From: Octopus sinensis
Lineage: Eukaryota
Direction of reading: 5' to 3'
NCBI RefSeq assembly: GCF_006345805.1
Contig: NC_043018.1
Location: forward strand, 25,544,001-25,608,000
DNA: 64,000 bases
The translations under genes and the position numbers were made by a program. Numbering within the stretch: position 1 is the stretch's first letter; each line of letters begins with the position of its first letter. Under the pieces are notes generated by a model. That model made no database searches. It was not told the DNA's origin and was given only the letters and a program-made list of their open reading frames with translations. Shown here piece by piece: positions 13,233 through 25,184 of this stretch.

Positions 13233-14501
13233 TTTGTTATAAAATCATAATTAATTGATCCTTCTGTATTTCCTTTTACCAAAGCCAGGAACTTTTCATC
13301 ACAATCTCATTTATATAATAAGCAGTGTTTCAGAAAATATTTCAGCAGATCTCTATCCCCATTTAGCAGGTGCTAACCCCTAAGCACAAATGATTGAGAC
13401 TGACTCCTGTTGGCAAGCCTCACCCTTAATTACACTGTGTAACACGATTTTTGCCCTTGGGTAGCAACTGATATTTCCTATTTGCTTATCTTTAGAAAAT
13501 ATGAAAAATATTTGTTTCTTTATTGCCCACAGGGGGATCTAAACATAGAATGGACAAACAAAGACAGACAAAAGGATTAAGTCGATTGCATCAACCCCAG
13601 TGTGTAACTGGTACTTAATTTAATCAACCCCGAAAGGATGAAAGACAAAGTTGACCTCAGCGGAATTTTGAACTCCGAACAGACAAAATACCACTAAGCA
13701 TTTTGCCCAGCGTGCTAACGATTCTGCCAGCTCGCCACCCTCCCTTTTAGTATTCATATTACTCTGTCAGATGTAATGTGTATTCATTAAGGGTAAAGAC
13801 CCCCTTCGGTCATGTATGACCATGGGATTGCATCTAGGAAGTTCCCCTCTGAGGCACAAGTGCAGACAAGATTGTTTTATAGAAAACCAGCAGTTGCCCC
13901 TGCATATCAGCCTCTCCTTTTCCATGCCACTGATGTTATCCAAGGGAAAGGCAAAAGGGGCCGATACAGCTTGGCATTAGTGGCATTGCAACTCATTTCT
14001 ACAGCTGAGTGAACTGGAGCAACATGAAACAAAGTGTCTTGCTCAAGAAAACAACACACAGCCTAGTCAGGGAATTGAACTCACTACCTCATGACTGTGA
14101 GCCTGATGCTCTAACCACTGAGCCATGTACATTCACTTATTCATTAATTTTGTTTTAAATTAACCATGCACTGACATTTCAATCGTGTGATTGCAAATCT
14201 TTGAAATGACATTGTAGGGTAGGTGTGAGAGACAGGATCTGGTTGGTTTGAACATAAAAAACATGTACGAATGTTTGGGGGTGGATACGGCCTGGTTTAA
14301 ATGCTAAAGAACAACAAATCCTTACCATACCAAACCATCACCATCATCACTACTACCACTACAACACCCACTGTCACCACCACCACTAGAACCACCACCA
14401 CTGCCACTACCTCTACCACTGTTGCTACTGCTGTCCCCCTCCCCCTCACACTAAAACTACCACCACCACCTACAACAACAACAACAACATTTATCAACTT
14501 A

Positions 14502-14786
<285 letters not shown>

Positions 14787-16168
14787 CTAAACACAATTAA
14801 ACATACAAAGACATATGCACACACACACATACAAAATGCTTTGCAGTTAGCTCCCTTGTTGAAAGTTACACGTTATCTCATTCTTCTATTTTTTTCTGCT
14901 CTAGGCACAAGGCCCAGAATTTTGGGGGATGAGGGGGTGCCAATCAATTAGACCCCAGTACGCAACTGGTACTTAATTTATCGACCCCCCACAAAGGATA
15001 AAAGGCAAAGTCAATCTCAGCCGAGTTTGAACTCAAAACATAAAAGACAGATGAAATACCTATTTCTTTACTACCCACCCACAAGGGGCTAAACCCAGAG
15101 AGGACAAACAATGACAGACAAACGGATTAAGTCGATTACATCGACCCCAGTGGGTAACTGGTACTTAATTTATCGACCCCGAAAGATGAAAGGCAAAGTC
15201 GACCTCGGCGGAATTTGAACTCAGAACGTAACGGCAGACGGAATACGGCTACGCATTTCGCCCGACGTGCTAACGTTTCTGCCAGCTCTTTATACTCTTA
15301 TTCATTTACTCGTTTCCAGCATTTGACTGTGGCCATGCTGGAGTACTGCCTTGAAGGGTTTTAGTTGTAGAAATCGACCTCAAGACTTACTCTCTGTAAT
15401 ATTCCGGTACTTGTTCCATTGGTTTCTTTTGCCAAACTACTAAGTTACAGGGATGTAAACACACCAACATCGGTTGTCAAGCGATGGTGGGGGAACAAAC
15501 ACAGACACACACATACATATATATATACTGGTGTCGCGCAACTGGCACCTGTGCCGGAGATACGTAAAAGCACCCATTACACTCTCTGAGTGGTTGGGAT
15601 CAGGAAGGGCAACCAGCTGTAGAAATCACGCCAAATGAGACTAGAATTTGGTGCGGCTTTCTTGCTTACCTGGCCAAACCATCCAACACATGCCAGCATG
15701 GACAATGGACGTTAAATGATGATGATGATATATAAATATAACAGATGTGGCTGTGTGGTAAGAAGCTTGCATACCAACCACATTGTTGTGGGTTCAGTCC
15801 TACTGCATGGCACCTTGGGGAAATGTCTTCTACTACAGCCTCGGGCCAACCAAAGCCTTGTGAGTGGATTTGGCAGATAAAACCTGAAAGAAGCCTGTCA
15901 TATACATATATATATATATGAGTGGTCTACACTCACAGAGTGGTTGGCGTTAGGAAGGGCATCCAGCCGTAGAAACATTGCCAAATCAGACTGGGCCTGG
16001 TGCAGCCTTCTGGCTTCCCAGACCCCAGTTGAACCGTCCAACCCATGCTAGCATGGAAAGCAGATGCTAAATGATGATATATATAACGGCTCTAGGAGTA
16101 AACAACACTTGATTTGATGGAGAGAACAGGGTGGGAAGTGTCTCATAAAATAAGGGGACATGACTTAC

Positions 16169-16229
16169 CCAGTCTTTATGGGTTCTTCATATTGTATTCC
16201 TCTGGCAAGTTCTGCCACACCCATCAAAG
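16169..16229 (-). CDS. DDX41: DDX41 coding exon 5 (ALMGVAELARGIQYEEPIKTG)
   Basis: 61 nt, phase 1 to 2, ttccag| and |gtaagt. Matches human ALMSVKEMAKGITYDDPIKTS. Confidence 0.96.
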
Positions 16230-16302
16230 CTGGAATTAAAAGAAAAGACAAGATACTCAGTGATAAATTAAACAACATTACTTGGTATAAACAGTATAAT
16301 AT

Positions 16303-16515
16303 GAGGAGATACTGAAAAGCTCCTGGCTTCGAGTAAAAGAAAATACAGAAGGATTGGTCAATTATGATTTTATGCAACATATTCCCCTCTCAGATTCACA
16401 TACTTATTGTAGTGGTCCTTCAGGTTTTCTAAGCCCTGTAAAAGAACTTAGAAGGTTGGGCCTCCAACCAGGCCTTTCGCGACACCCTTAAAGTCAGGAA
16501 ATTTTTCAGCACCCC
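16303..16515. mobile_element. Mariner-derived MITE family (TIR ~GAGGGGGTGCTGAAAAGTTCCTGGCTTT); other copies near 12316, 12700-13300, 30360-30559, 41852-41957
   Basis: Inverted termini gatactgaaaagctcctggc / gtcaggaaatttttcagcaccc. The same body recurs in several copies. Confidence 0.6.
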
Positions 16516-17072
16516 ATCGTATATGTTATTATATATAACATTGTGTGTGTGCAACATCTAGTATAGTAGTGTGTGTGTGTGTGTGTGTATTACTATATAC
16601 AGCACAGTGCATGTATATGTAGGGGTATCGCAGAGTCAGTGTGTGTGTATATGTGTGTATGTGAAGGTGCATGGCTCAGTAGTTAGAGCATTGGACTTAC
16701 AATTGTCAGGGTGTGAGTTTGATTCCTGGACCAGGCTGTGTGTTGTATTCTTGAGCAAGACACTTTATTTCACGTTGCTCCAGTTCACTCAGCTGTAGAA
16801 ATGAGTTGTGACGTCACTGGGGCCAAGCTGTATTGGTCCCTTTTGCCTTTCCTTTGGATAACATCAGTGGCATGGAGAGGAGAGGCTGGTATGCATGGGT
16901 GACTATTGGTCTTCCATAAACAATCTTGCCTGGGTTTGTGCCTCAGAAGGGAACTTTCTAGGTGCAATTCCATGGTCATCCATGGCTGAAGGGGGTCTTT
17001 GTGTGTGTGTGTGTGTTACAGATACAGTACAATGTCTGCGTGTGAGTGTGTGTGGGTGATATAGATATAGTA

Positions 17073-17215
17073 CAGTGGTTCCCAACATTTTCACTACCAA
17101 GGACCCCTTTTATTTAAATGAGGTTTCTCACAGACCCCAGGATATTGGAAGGCTTGTCAGCTTAACACGTTGACGGACCCCCAGGGGTCCATGGACCAAA
17201 GGCTGGGAACCTCTG
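17073..17215. mobile_element. hAT-type MITE
   Basis: CAGTGGTTCCCAA.../...GGGAACCTCTG termini with a perfect 8-bp TSD ATATAGTA (17065-17072 / 17216-17223). Confidence 0.85.
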
Positions 17216-17228
17216 ATATAGTATAATG

Positions 17229-17416
17229 CAGTGGTTCCCAAACTATGAGTCGCGACCCACAGGACGGAATGTTAGTGGGTTGCAAAAAGTTATAAAATTA
17301 CGCATTAGCTTTGATTAACTTCTGTCTATTGAGATAGTTCAAGACTTATAAATGGGTCATCATAAACTGGTGTGATAAATAGTGGGTTGCGACTCTAAAA
17401 AGTTCGGGAACCACTG
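17229..17416. mobile_element. hAT-type MITE (second family)
   Basis: CAGTGGTTCCC.../...GGGAACCACTG termini with a perfect 8-bp TSD GTATAATG (17221-17228 / 17417-17424). Confidence 0.85.
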
Positions 17417-17720
17417 GTATAATGTATGCAATACATGGCAGTTCGTCCGTCTTTACTTTCTGAGTTCAAGCTCCGCTGAGGTCGACCTCACTTTCCATCC
17501 TTTCAGGGTTGATAAAATCAGTACCAGCTGAACACTGGGGTCAAAGTAATTGACTTAGACCCGTCCCCAAAATTTCAGGCCTTGTACCTATAGTAGAGAG
17601 GATTATATACTGTACAATGTATGTGTTATACACAGTACAGTGCGTGTGTGTGTGTGTGTGTGTGTGTGTTATTACAGATACATACAGTAAAGTGTATTTA
17701 ATAATCATATTGCTATTTAC

Positions 17721-17795
17721 CTTTCTTTTCTGCTACACTTTCCAGAATCTTCTCCTCCTCTTTCAGCATCTTTTCTCTTGCAGTTTCCTTCCGAG
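17721..17795 (-). CDS. DDX41: DDX41 coding exon 4 (ARKETAREKMLKEEEKILESVAEKK)
   Basis: 75 nt, phase 1 to 1, atttcag| and |gtaaat. Near-identical to human ARKESAKEKQLKEEEKILESVAE. Confidence 0.96.
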
Positions 17796-17998
17796 CTGAA
17801 ATATAGTAATGTTGACAATGAATATGACGATGATGATGACGATCATGATGATAGTAGTGACGACGGCAATGATGATAATGATAGTAGTGACGATGATTAT
17901 GATGATGATGACAGTGATGATATGATAGCAGTGATGACAATCAGCATGACAACAGTGATCATTTTTGATGATGATAGTGATGGTGACAATGATTAGTA

Positions 17999-18350
17999 TT
18001 GGGTTGTCCGGAAAGTTCGTGCCGAGTTTTAAAGGAAAGAAAAAGGTCAATAAATACTAGCCGTTACATTTTTAATCAACCAAATATGAACCATTCCGTT
18101 ACACAATGTGTCTCTATCTTTCCTTTAACTTGAAAATACCCTCTTCCCAGAATTGAGGTGGTTTCGTGGCAAAGAATTCACCAAGGTATCTTTTTACGTC
18201 ATCCAAGGAATTGAAATTTTTGCCATTAAGACTATTCTGCAGAGACCTGAATAAGTGGAAATCCGAAGGAGCAATATCTGGTGAATATGGAGGGTGGGGT
18301 AACACATCCCAGCCGAGCTGCAGCAATTTTTGTCTGGTTGCCAAAGCATC
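17999..18350 (-). mobile_element. Mariner transposon 3-prime fragment
   Basis: ORF 18114-18344 encodes WDVLPHPPYSPDIAPSDFHLF, the mariner YSPDLAP(S/C)D motif. TA plus TIR TTGGGTTGTCCGGAAAG at the end. Confidence 0.9.
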
Positions 18351-18776
18351 AAGTGCCGAAAATGAACTTTCTTATCTTCCATTTTAAATGGTTACAGAAT
18401 TAACACAGGTTATAGGAACATAAACCTTCTTCCACGAAAAGATAGCTTAAACTGTGCTCTAAATGGAGGTGTAGTCAAATCCTATTTTCATAAACTTTGA
18501 ATTAAAATCTTCCACCAAACCATAGTCACAATTTATGTTCCTAACACTAGCTTAATGATAACTTTTTACTCTTTTACTTGTTTCAGTCATTTGACTGCGG
18601 CCATGCTGGAGCACCGCCTTTAATCGAGCAACTCGACCCTGGGACTTATTCTTTTGTAAGCCCAGTACTTATTCTATCAGTCTCTTTTGCCGAACCGCTA
18701 AGTGATGGGGACGTAAACACATCAGCATCGGTTGTCAAGCAATGCTAGGGGGACAAACACAGACACACAAACATAT

Positions 18777-18809
<33 letters not shown>

Positions 18810-19182
18810 CGACAGGCTTCTTTCAGTTTCCATCTACCAAATCCACTCACAAGGCTTTGGTCGGCCCAAGGCTATAGTAGAAGACACTTGCCCAAGGTGC
18901 CACGCAGTGGGACTGAACCCGGAACCATGTGGTTCGTAAGCAAGCTACTTACCACACAGCCACTCCTACGTCTATAACTAATTAATTTTACTAAATTCTT
19001 TGTTATATTTAAAATTAATTGAAAGTAACACAGAGCATCTCAAAATAAATACAGCAATGAAAGGGTCAAACCTACCTATCCCTATTTTAGATTAAACCAA
19101 TATTCTGCACAGTTGCCCATGAATTAAAAATAAATCCAGGAAAGAACAAGAACAACAACATTACAGCTTTGCACCCACTGAC

Positions 19183-19501
19183 CTTCTGCTTTCTTCTTCA
19201 GCTCACTGTGTTGATCCAACAAACTGATGTTCGCTTTTGGCCCAGAACATATTTCCTCCTCCTCATCAATGTCTTTCTTGTCAAGATCCTCCAGGCCTTC
19301 GCTGTTTTCATCCTGCATCAGCAGCAGTTTGTTTATGCTGTTAGTGCTGCTGCTGGTGCTGTTGTTGTTGATGATGATGCTGCTGCTGCCGCCGATGCCG
19401 CCGATGGTAGTGCTGCTGATGGCCGACGTCGAACCTAAGTGCTTGTCAGACTTCATTGATTTTGTAGCGCTGATTCCCATCCGTTTATACAGATCATGGA
19501 C
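19183..19501 (-). CDS. DDX41: DDX41 coding exon 3 (VHDLYKRMG...GPKANISLLDQHSELKKKAE)
   Basis: 319 nt, phase 0 to 1, tttaag| and |gtcagt. GPKANISLLDQH matches human GPQSNVSLLDQH. Contains a low-complexity insertion. Confidence 0.92.
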
Positions 19502-19593
19502 CTTAAAGACAATGCCAGAAAAAGACATGAGAGGAATTTGAGAATTAAAAAAAAAAATTTTTTTAAAAAAAAAGGAAAAAAAAAAAGAATTAA

Positions 19594-19814
19594 CCCATTA
19601 GTGTTTGCATTATTCTGCCAAAATCAATGCTTCTTTATCCACATTGTTTTGAACTAATCATGCATTATCTTGTAGCTATGAGATTTTGATGAGGTAGCTG
19701 TTAATTTCTAGAATGACATTGTAGGGTTGGTGTGAGAGACCAGATATGGCTAGTTTGAACAATAAACAGGTAGAATATTTTTGGCCGGATATGGCCAGTT
19801 TAAATGCTAAAGGG
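19594..19814. mobile_element. TTAA-flanked CCC...GGG MITE (piggyBac-like); related elements at 33878-34089 and 58289-58507
   Basis: TTAA|CCC....GGG|TTAA boundaries at all three positions. Partial copies near 4630, 14160, 18440-19075 and 46080-46260. Confidence 0.65.
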
Positions 19815-21060
19815 TTAAAGAAAAGCTTCTGAGATGCAGGCATGGCTGTGTGGTAAGATGTTTACCTCGTAACCACATGGTTCCGGGTTCAGTTCCACTG
19901 CATGGCATATTGGGCAAGTGCCTCTACTATGGCTTTGGGCTGACCAAAGCCTTGTGAGTGGATTTGGCAGATAGAAAGTGGAAGAAACCCATCATATATA
20001 GATATCTATTTCTTTATTGCCCACAAGGGGCTAAACATAGAGGGGACAAACAAGGACAGACAAAGGGATTAAGTCGATTACATCGACCCCAGTGCGAAAC
20101 TGGTACTTTATTTATCGACCCTGAAAGGATGAAAAGCAAAGTCGACATTGGCGGAATTTGAACTCAGAACGTAACGACAGACGAAGTCCCGCTAAACATT
20201 TCGCCCGGGGCGCTAACGTTTCTGCCAGCTCGCCGTCATATATAGATATCATCATCATCATTTAACATCCGTGCTCCATACTGGCTTGGGTTGGATAGTT
20301 TGACAGGGCTGACATGCTGGAAGGCTGCACCAGGCTCCAGTCTGATTTAGCATGGTTTTCTATGGCTGGATGCCCTTCCTAACACCAACCACTCTGAGAG
20401 TGCAGTGGGTGCTTTCACGTGCCATTTGTGTAACACCGGTCTCTGCCATGTCTGCAATTTTGCTCAACTTGATGGGTTCTCAAGCCCGACATAATGCCAA
20501 AGGTCCTGGTTATTGCCTCCGTGACGCCCAACACTCGAAAGGAACTCGGCCACTTTATATATTTTTTTACTTGTTTCAGGCATTTGACCATGGCGATGCT
20601 GGAGCACTGCCTTTAGTGGAACAAACTGACCCCAGGACTTATTCTTTGTATACCTAGTACTTATTCTATCAGTCTCTTTTGCTGAACTGCTACATTATGA
20701 GGATATAAACACACCAACATTGATTGTCAAGCAATGGGGGTGGGGACAAATGCAGACATACAAATATATATATAATGGACTTCTTTCAGTTTCTGTTTAC
20801 CAAATTCACTCACAAGGCTTTGGTTGGTCGGAGGCTATAGTAGAAGACATTTGCCCAAGGTGCCACGCAATAGGATTGAACTCGGAACCATGAGTTTGGG
20901 AAGCAAGCTTCCTACCACACAGGTATGCCTATATATATAAATATATGACATGACTTTTTCCAACTATGAACCTGGAGTGGGCCCCTGGCCTTACTAGTTC
21001 TTGTCAAGCTGTCCAACCTATGCCAGCATGGAAAATGGACATTAAATGTTTCGACCATTT

Positions 21061-21460
21061 CGACCCTGTGCTTGAGGAGATCCATTGAGTCAAGTACACC
21101 AACATCAAAATCAATGGAAACTGCAGTTGTGATCCCTGAGCCGGTGGCACGTAAAAAGCACTATCCAAATCGTGGCCGATGCCAGTGCCACCTTGACTGG
21201 CTTCCGTGCTGGTGGCACGTAAAATGCACCAATCCGATCATGACCGTTGCCAGCCTCGCCTGGCACCTGTGCAGGTGGCACATAAAAAGCACCCACTACA
21301 CTCACGGAGTGATTGGCGTTAGGAAGGGCATCCAGCTGTAGAAACACTGCCAGATCAGACTGGAGCCTGGTGCAGCCTTCTGGCTTCCCATATCCCGGTC
21401 GAACCGTCCAACCCATGCTAGCATGGAGAACGGACATTAAACGATGATGATGATGATGAA
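21061..21460 (+). mobile_element. Retroposon family C with (TGA)n tail (RTE-like 3-prime end); copies at 1-118, 5885-6190, 9590-9965, 15930-16078, 22005-22225, 35085-35280, 47520-47760, 63520-64000
   Basis: Shared ...GGCGTTAGGAAGGGCATCCAGCTGTAGAAAC...CCAACCCATGCTAGCATGGAAAGCGGACGTTAAA(TGA)n 3-prime end. Confidence 0.8.
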
Positions 21461-21787
21461 ATGTTGATGAGGATGATGGCGATGATGTACTGATTTCGTC
21501 TTAGCATAAGGATGGCAGTGGGTAAATTCCACTGACAAAACCCCAATGAGGCAGAAACACACATCAAGTATTCCCACTGCTGCTGCTGGGCAGTTTTCTC
21601 TGCTACTGATACAGTTTTGTGCTTTTAAACAAACACAGTGCATCCATAAGGGTCATTTTCTCTAGATGAATACTCCAGTTCATTTGCCTTTTTGCGATGT
21701 ATCAGCATTATGTATGATACACGGATGGCTTTTTTAATCAACACTGCTTCTGTTACATATAATGAAATATTTTTATAATGGACTTAC

Positions 21788-21883
21788 ATTCTCCTTTTTC
21801 CTTTCATTGAGTGTAATGTATGGTACATATTCGTCCTCTGAGCTGGAGCTGCTTTCATTTTCTGCTTCAAGTAATCTCTTTCT
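21788..21883 (-). CDS. DDX41: DDX41 coding exon 2 (RKRLLEAENESSSSSEDEYVPYITLNERKKEN)
   Basis: 96 nt, tatccag| acceptor and |gtaagt donor. EDEYVPY matches the DDX41 N-terminal DEDYVPYV motif. Absent from the ORF track; found by manual translation. Confidence 0.92.
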
Positions 21884-22998
21884 CTGGATACAATTAAAGA
21901 AAGAAAGAAAAGACATATAATTAAGACAGAAGCTTCAAGCAACTTTCATTGCAGTATTTCAGCATTCAGCATTCACATTACTTTGTCCGAGCGAGGTCGC
22001 TGCCAGTACTGCCTGACTGGCTCCCGTGCCAGTGGCACGTAAAAAGTACCCACTACACTCTCGGAGTGGTTGACGTTAGGAAGGGCATCCAGCTGTAGAT
22101 GTTAGGAAGGGCATCCAGATCAAGACTGGAGCTTGGTGCAGCCATCTGGTTCGCCAGACCTCAGTCAAACCGTCCAACCCATGCTAGCATGGAAAGCGGA
22201 CGTTAAATGACGACTATGATGATGATGAATGCTTATTTATTCTCATTTCTTAAAGTTAATTCTGTATCGTCTTATTGCTTTGAGATTTTGAAAATCATAA
22301 TTATCATCATTCTTTAACGCCTGTTTTCCATGCTGGCATGGGTTGGACGGTTTGACAGGAGTTGACCAGTTGAAGGATTGTTTGGGCTCCATGTCTGTTT
22401 TGGCTTGGTTTCTACAGCTGGATGCCCCTCCTAACACCAACCACTTTACAGAGGGTACTAGGTGATTTTAAGCAGCATTGCATGGGTGCCTTTTACATGG
22501 CACCAGCACCTACGAGACTGCAAGATTAGGGATGCTCAACTGGAGACGGTTTGCAAGGGACGAGCCTGTATGCAAGGGCACCACATGCTTTTACTTAGAT
22601 TGACGTGTCTTTTCAAGCACAGCAAACCACCAGGGGTCTCGGTCCCATGTCATCCCCTCTGTGAGTCCAAACGTCTGTAGATCCTTTCTCATCACCATGT
22701 TCCCTCTACAATTAGAGATCAGCACCTCTTGATGCAACTGTCTTCAGGATAGATGTGAGAAACTGGATCAGGTCAGTTTGAACATAATATAGGTACAATA
22801 TTTGGGCCAAATATGGCCAATATAAATGCTAAAAAGTTAATCATGTACTTTCATGTCCTGAGTTCAAATCTTGCCAAGGTTGTGGGAACGTGTTTTTACT
22901 ATTATTCCCATGATGATGATAATGACAACAACAGTGATGATGTTGTTTACGATAAGCCTTGAGAGTGGATTTGGTAGATGAAAACTAAAAGAAGCCTG

Positions 22999-23035
<37 letters not shown>

Positions 23036-23400
23036 TACTCTCTTTTACTTGTTTCAGTCTTTTGACTGCAGCCATGCTGGAGCACCACCTTTAGTTGAGC
23101 AAATCGACCCCGGGACTTATTCTTTGTAAGCCTAGTACTTATTCTATCGGTCTCTTTTGCTGAACTGCTAAGTTACAAGGAGGCAAACCCACCACCATTG
23201 GTTGTCAAGTGATGTTGGGGGGACAAACACAGACACATAAACATATACACACACATACATATATATATATACACATATATACGACAGGCTTCTTTTCAGT
23301 TTCCGTCAACCAAATCCACTCACAAGGCTTTGATCGGCCTGAGGCTATAGTAGAAGACACTTGCCCAAGGTGTCACACAGTGGGACTGAACCTGGAACCG

Positions 23401-23439
<39 letters not shown>

Positions 23440-23683
23440 CTGTCTGTACAAGCGAGTCTGTGTGGTTAAGAAGATTATTTCACAATCATATGGTCTCAGG
23501 TTCAGTCCCACTTTGCAACACCGTGGGCAAGTGTCTGCTACTACAGCCCCCCGGGACAGGCCAATGCGTGGGAATGAATTAGGTAGACGAAAGCCGTGTA
23601 GAAACCCATCGTATAGATGTGTGCGCGCGTCTTTGTGTTGCGTTTGTCCCTCCCACCCCAATGTGACAACCGATGTTGGTTTG

Positions 23684-24159
23684 TAGTAAAGATTGTTTGC
23701 CAATATAACATGGCAGTCCTGGTTTAGGACTAATGTTGCTGTAATTAAGCCCGGTACTACTGAAGAACAACGGTCCTTTTGTGCGCACTCGTGCATCCGC
23801 GCTAGCTAGTCGTGACTAGTCGATCCTACAACGACTACCTAGCAAAGTAAATAAAACACAAAATAAATGATTTTTGTTAAACAAAGTAATGATCGAATAG
23901 TCATGACTAGCTAGCGCGGATGCGCCAGTACGCGAGTGCGCGCACCGGGACCACTGTTCTTAAGTAGTACCATTTAGCCCTAGGAGACATCGTCTCCAAC
24001 TGACTATACGACACGATTTGTGTCCTTATATTTTTTTGTTTTTAAGGACACAGATCGTGTCGTATAGTCAGTTGGAGACGATGTCTCCTAGGGCTAAATT
24101 ACAGCAACATTAGTCCTAAACCAGGACTATCCTGTTATGTTGGCAAACAATCTTTACTA
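23684..24159. mobile_element. Foldback element with long inverted arms, inserted in a SINE in DDX41 intron 1
   Basis: tagtaaagattgtttgccaa...ctaggagacatcgtctccaactgactatacgacacgat versus its reverse complement. The left arm is interrupted by a MITE. Confidence 0.8.
23753..23971. mobile_element. GGTACTAC-TIR MITE with 9-bp TSD (Merlin- or Mutator-like)
   Basis: GGTACTAC...GTAGTACC with TSD ATTAAGCCC / ATTTAGCCC. The opposite foldback arm shows the empty site with a single ATTTAGCCC. Confidence 0.85.
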
Positions 24160-24603
24160 TGAAGTACTGTTGCTGAATACCTCACGTTGTGAGATTTAAA
24201 AATAGTAATTTCCGATGCTGGTTTGTTTACGTCCCCGTGAGCTAGCGGTTCGGCGAAACAGGCCAAAAGAAAACATGGAAACCTGGCTTTATAAAAAATA
24301 TGTAGTGTGGTCGATTTGTCCGACTAAACTCTTCAAGGCACGGCTAAAAGATAAAAGAGAGAAAAATGTACGACTACATTATAGAAATGCATCCTTATCG
24401 TTCTGTTGTGAAATTGATTCGAGGGAGATGTTGCTTTTTGTAACAGTTTTCGGACGGGATCTGGGAAAAAAAAACCCATAATTTCAACAGCTTGTCCATT
24501 TACTCAGTGTAATTCTCCCAATACAGCAATCAAAACAGCAATAAAGCAAAAACAAAGAGTCATTATGATAAATTAGTATGGTAATAATAAATTCAGTTAT
24601 AAC

Positions 24604-24621
24604 CTTTTGTGAAATATCCAT
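24604..24621 (-). CDS. DDX41: DDX41 putative coding exon 1 (MDISQK)
   Basis: Minus strand reads AAAAG ATG GAT ATT TCA CAA AAG|gttata. The phase 0 donor matches the phase 0 acceptor of exon 2 and mirrors the short human first exon (MEESEPERK|R). The donor is weak and the exon was chosen by position and phase, not by strong homology. Confidence 0.6.
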
Positions 24622-24870
24622 CTTTTTCAGATTTGTTCAACGTTCAACAAAAGAGAAGAAAATAATATTTTGAAAAGGGAGATAATCGTTTGGCTAATTG
24701 TTTTGGAAGATTTCAGCGGATGCATAGAGTTACGGTTCTTGGTTGAGCTTCTGCTAGAACTCTCGCTCAGAAGAAAATAGGAAAGATTGTATTATTTCCA
24801 GTGTGTATGTGTGTGTGTGTGTGTGTGTGTGGTATTTTATTTTATTTTTTTTTGTTTTCGCCACTGAACT
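24622..24870 (-). promoter_or_regulatory. Putative DDX41 5-prime UTR and core promoter
   Basis: Unique non-repeat sequence immediately upstream of the proposed ATG, bounded by a MITE at 24878. The TSS cannot be determined from sequence. Confidence 0.4.
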
Positions 24871-24877
24871 GCGGTCA

Positions 24878-25184
24878 GGTACTACTAGCGAACAGTGGTC
24901 CCGGTGCGCGCATACGCACAGTCGCGCATCTGCGTTAGCTAGACGTAAGTAGTCGATCCTACAACGACTACCTAGCAAAGTAAATAAAACACAAAATAAA
25001 TAATTTTTTGTACACAAAGTGAATAATTTTTGTTAAAAAAAGTAAATAAAACACAAAAACACAAAGTAGATAATTTTTTAAACAAAGTAAATAACACAAA
25101 GTAAGGATCGACTAGTCATGACTAGCTGGCGCGTATGCGCGACTACACGTGTGCGCACCGGGACTGCTGTTCGCTAGTAGTACC
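24878..25184. mobile_element. GGTACTAC-TIR MITE with perfect 9-bp TSD
   Basis: TSD CTGCGGTCA at 24869-24877 and 25185-25193. Long CpG-rich TIRs; shares a core with 23753-23971. Confidence 0.9.
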
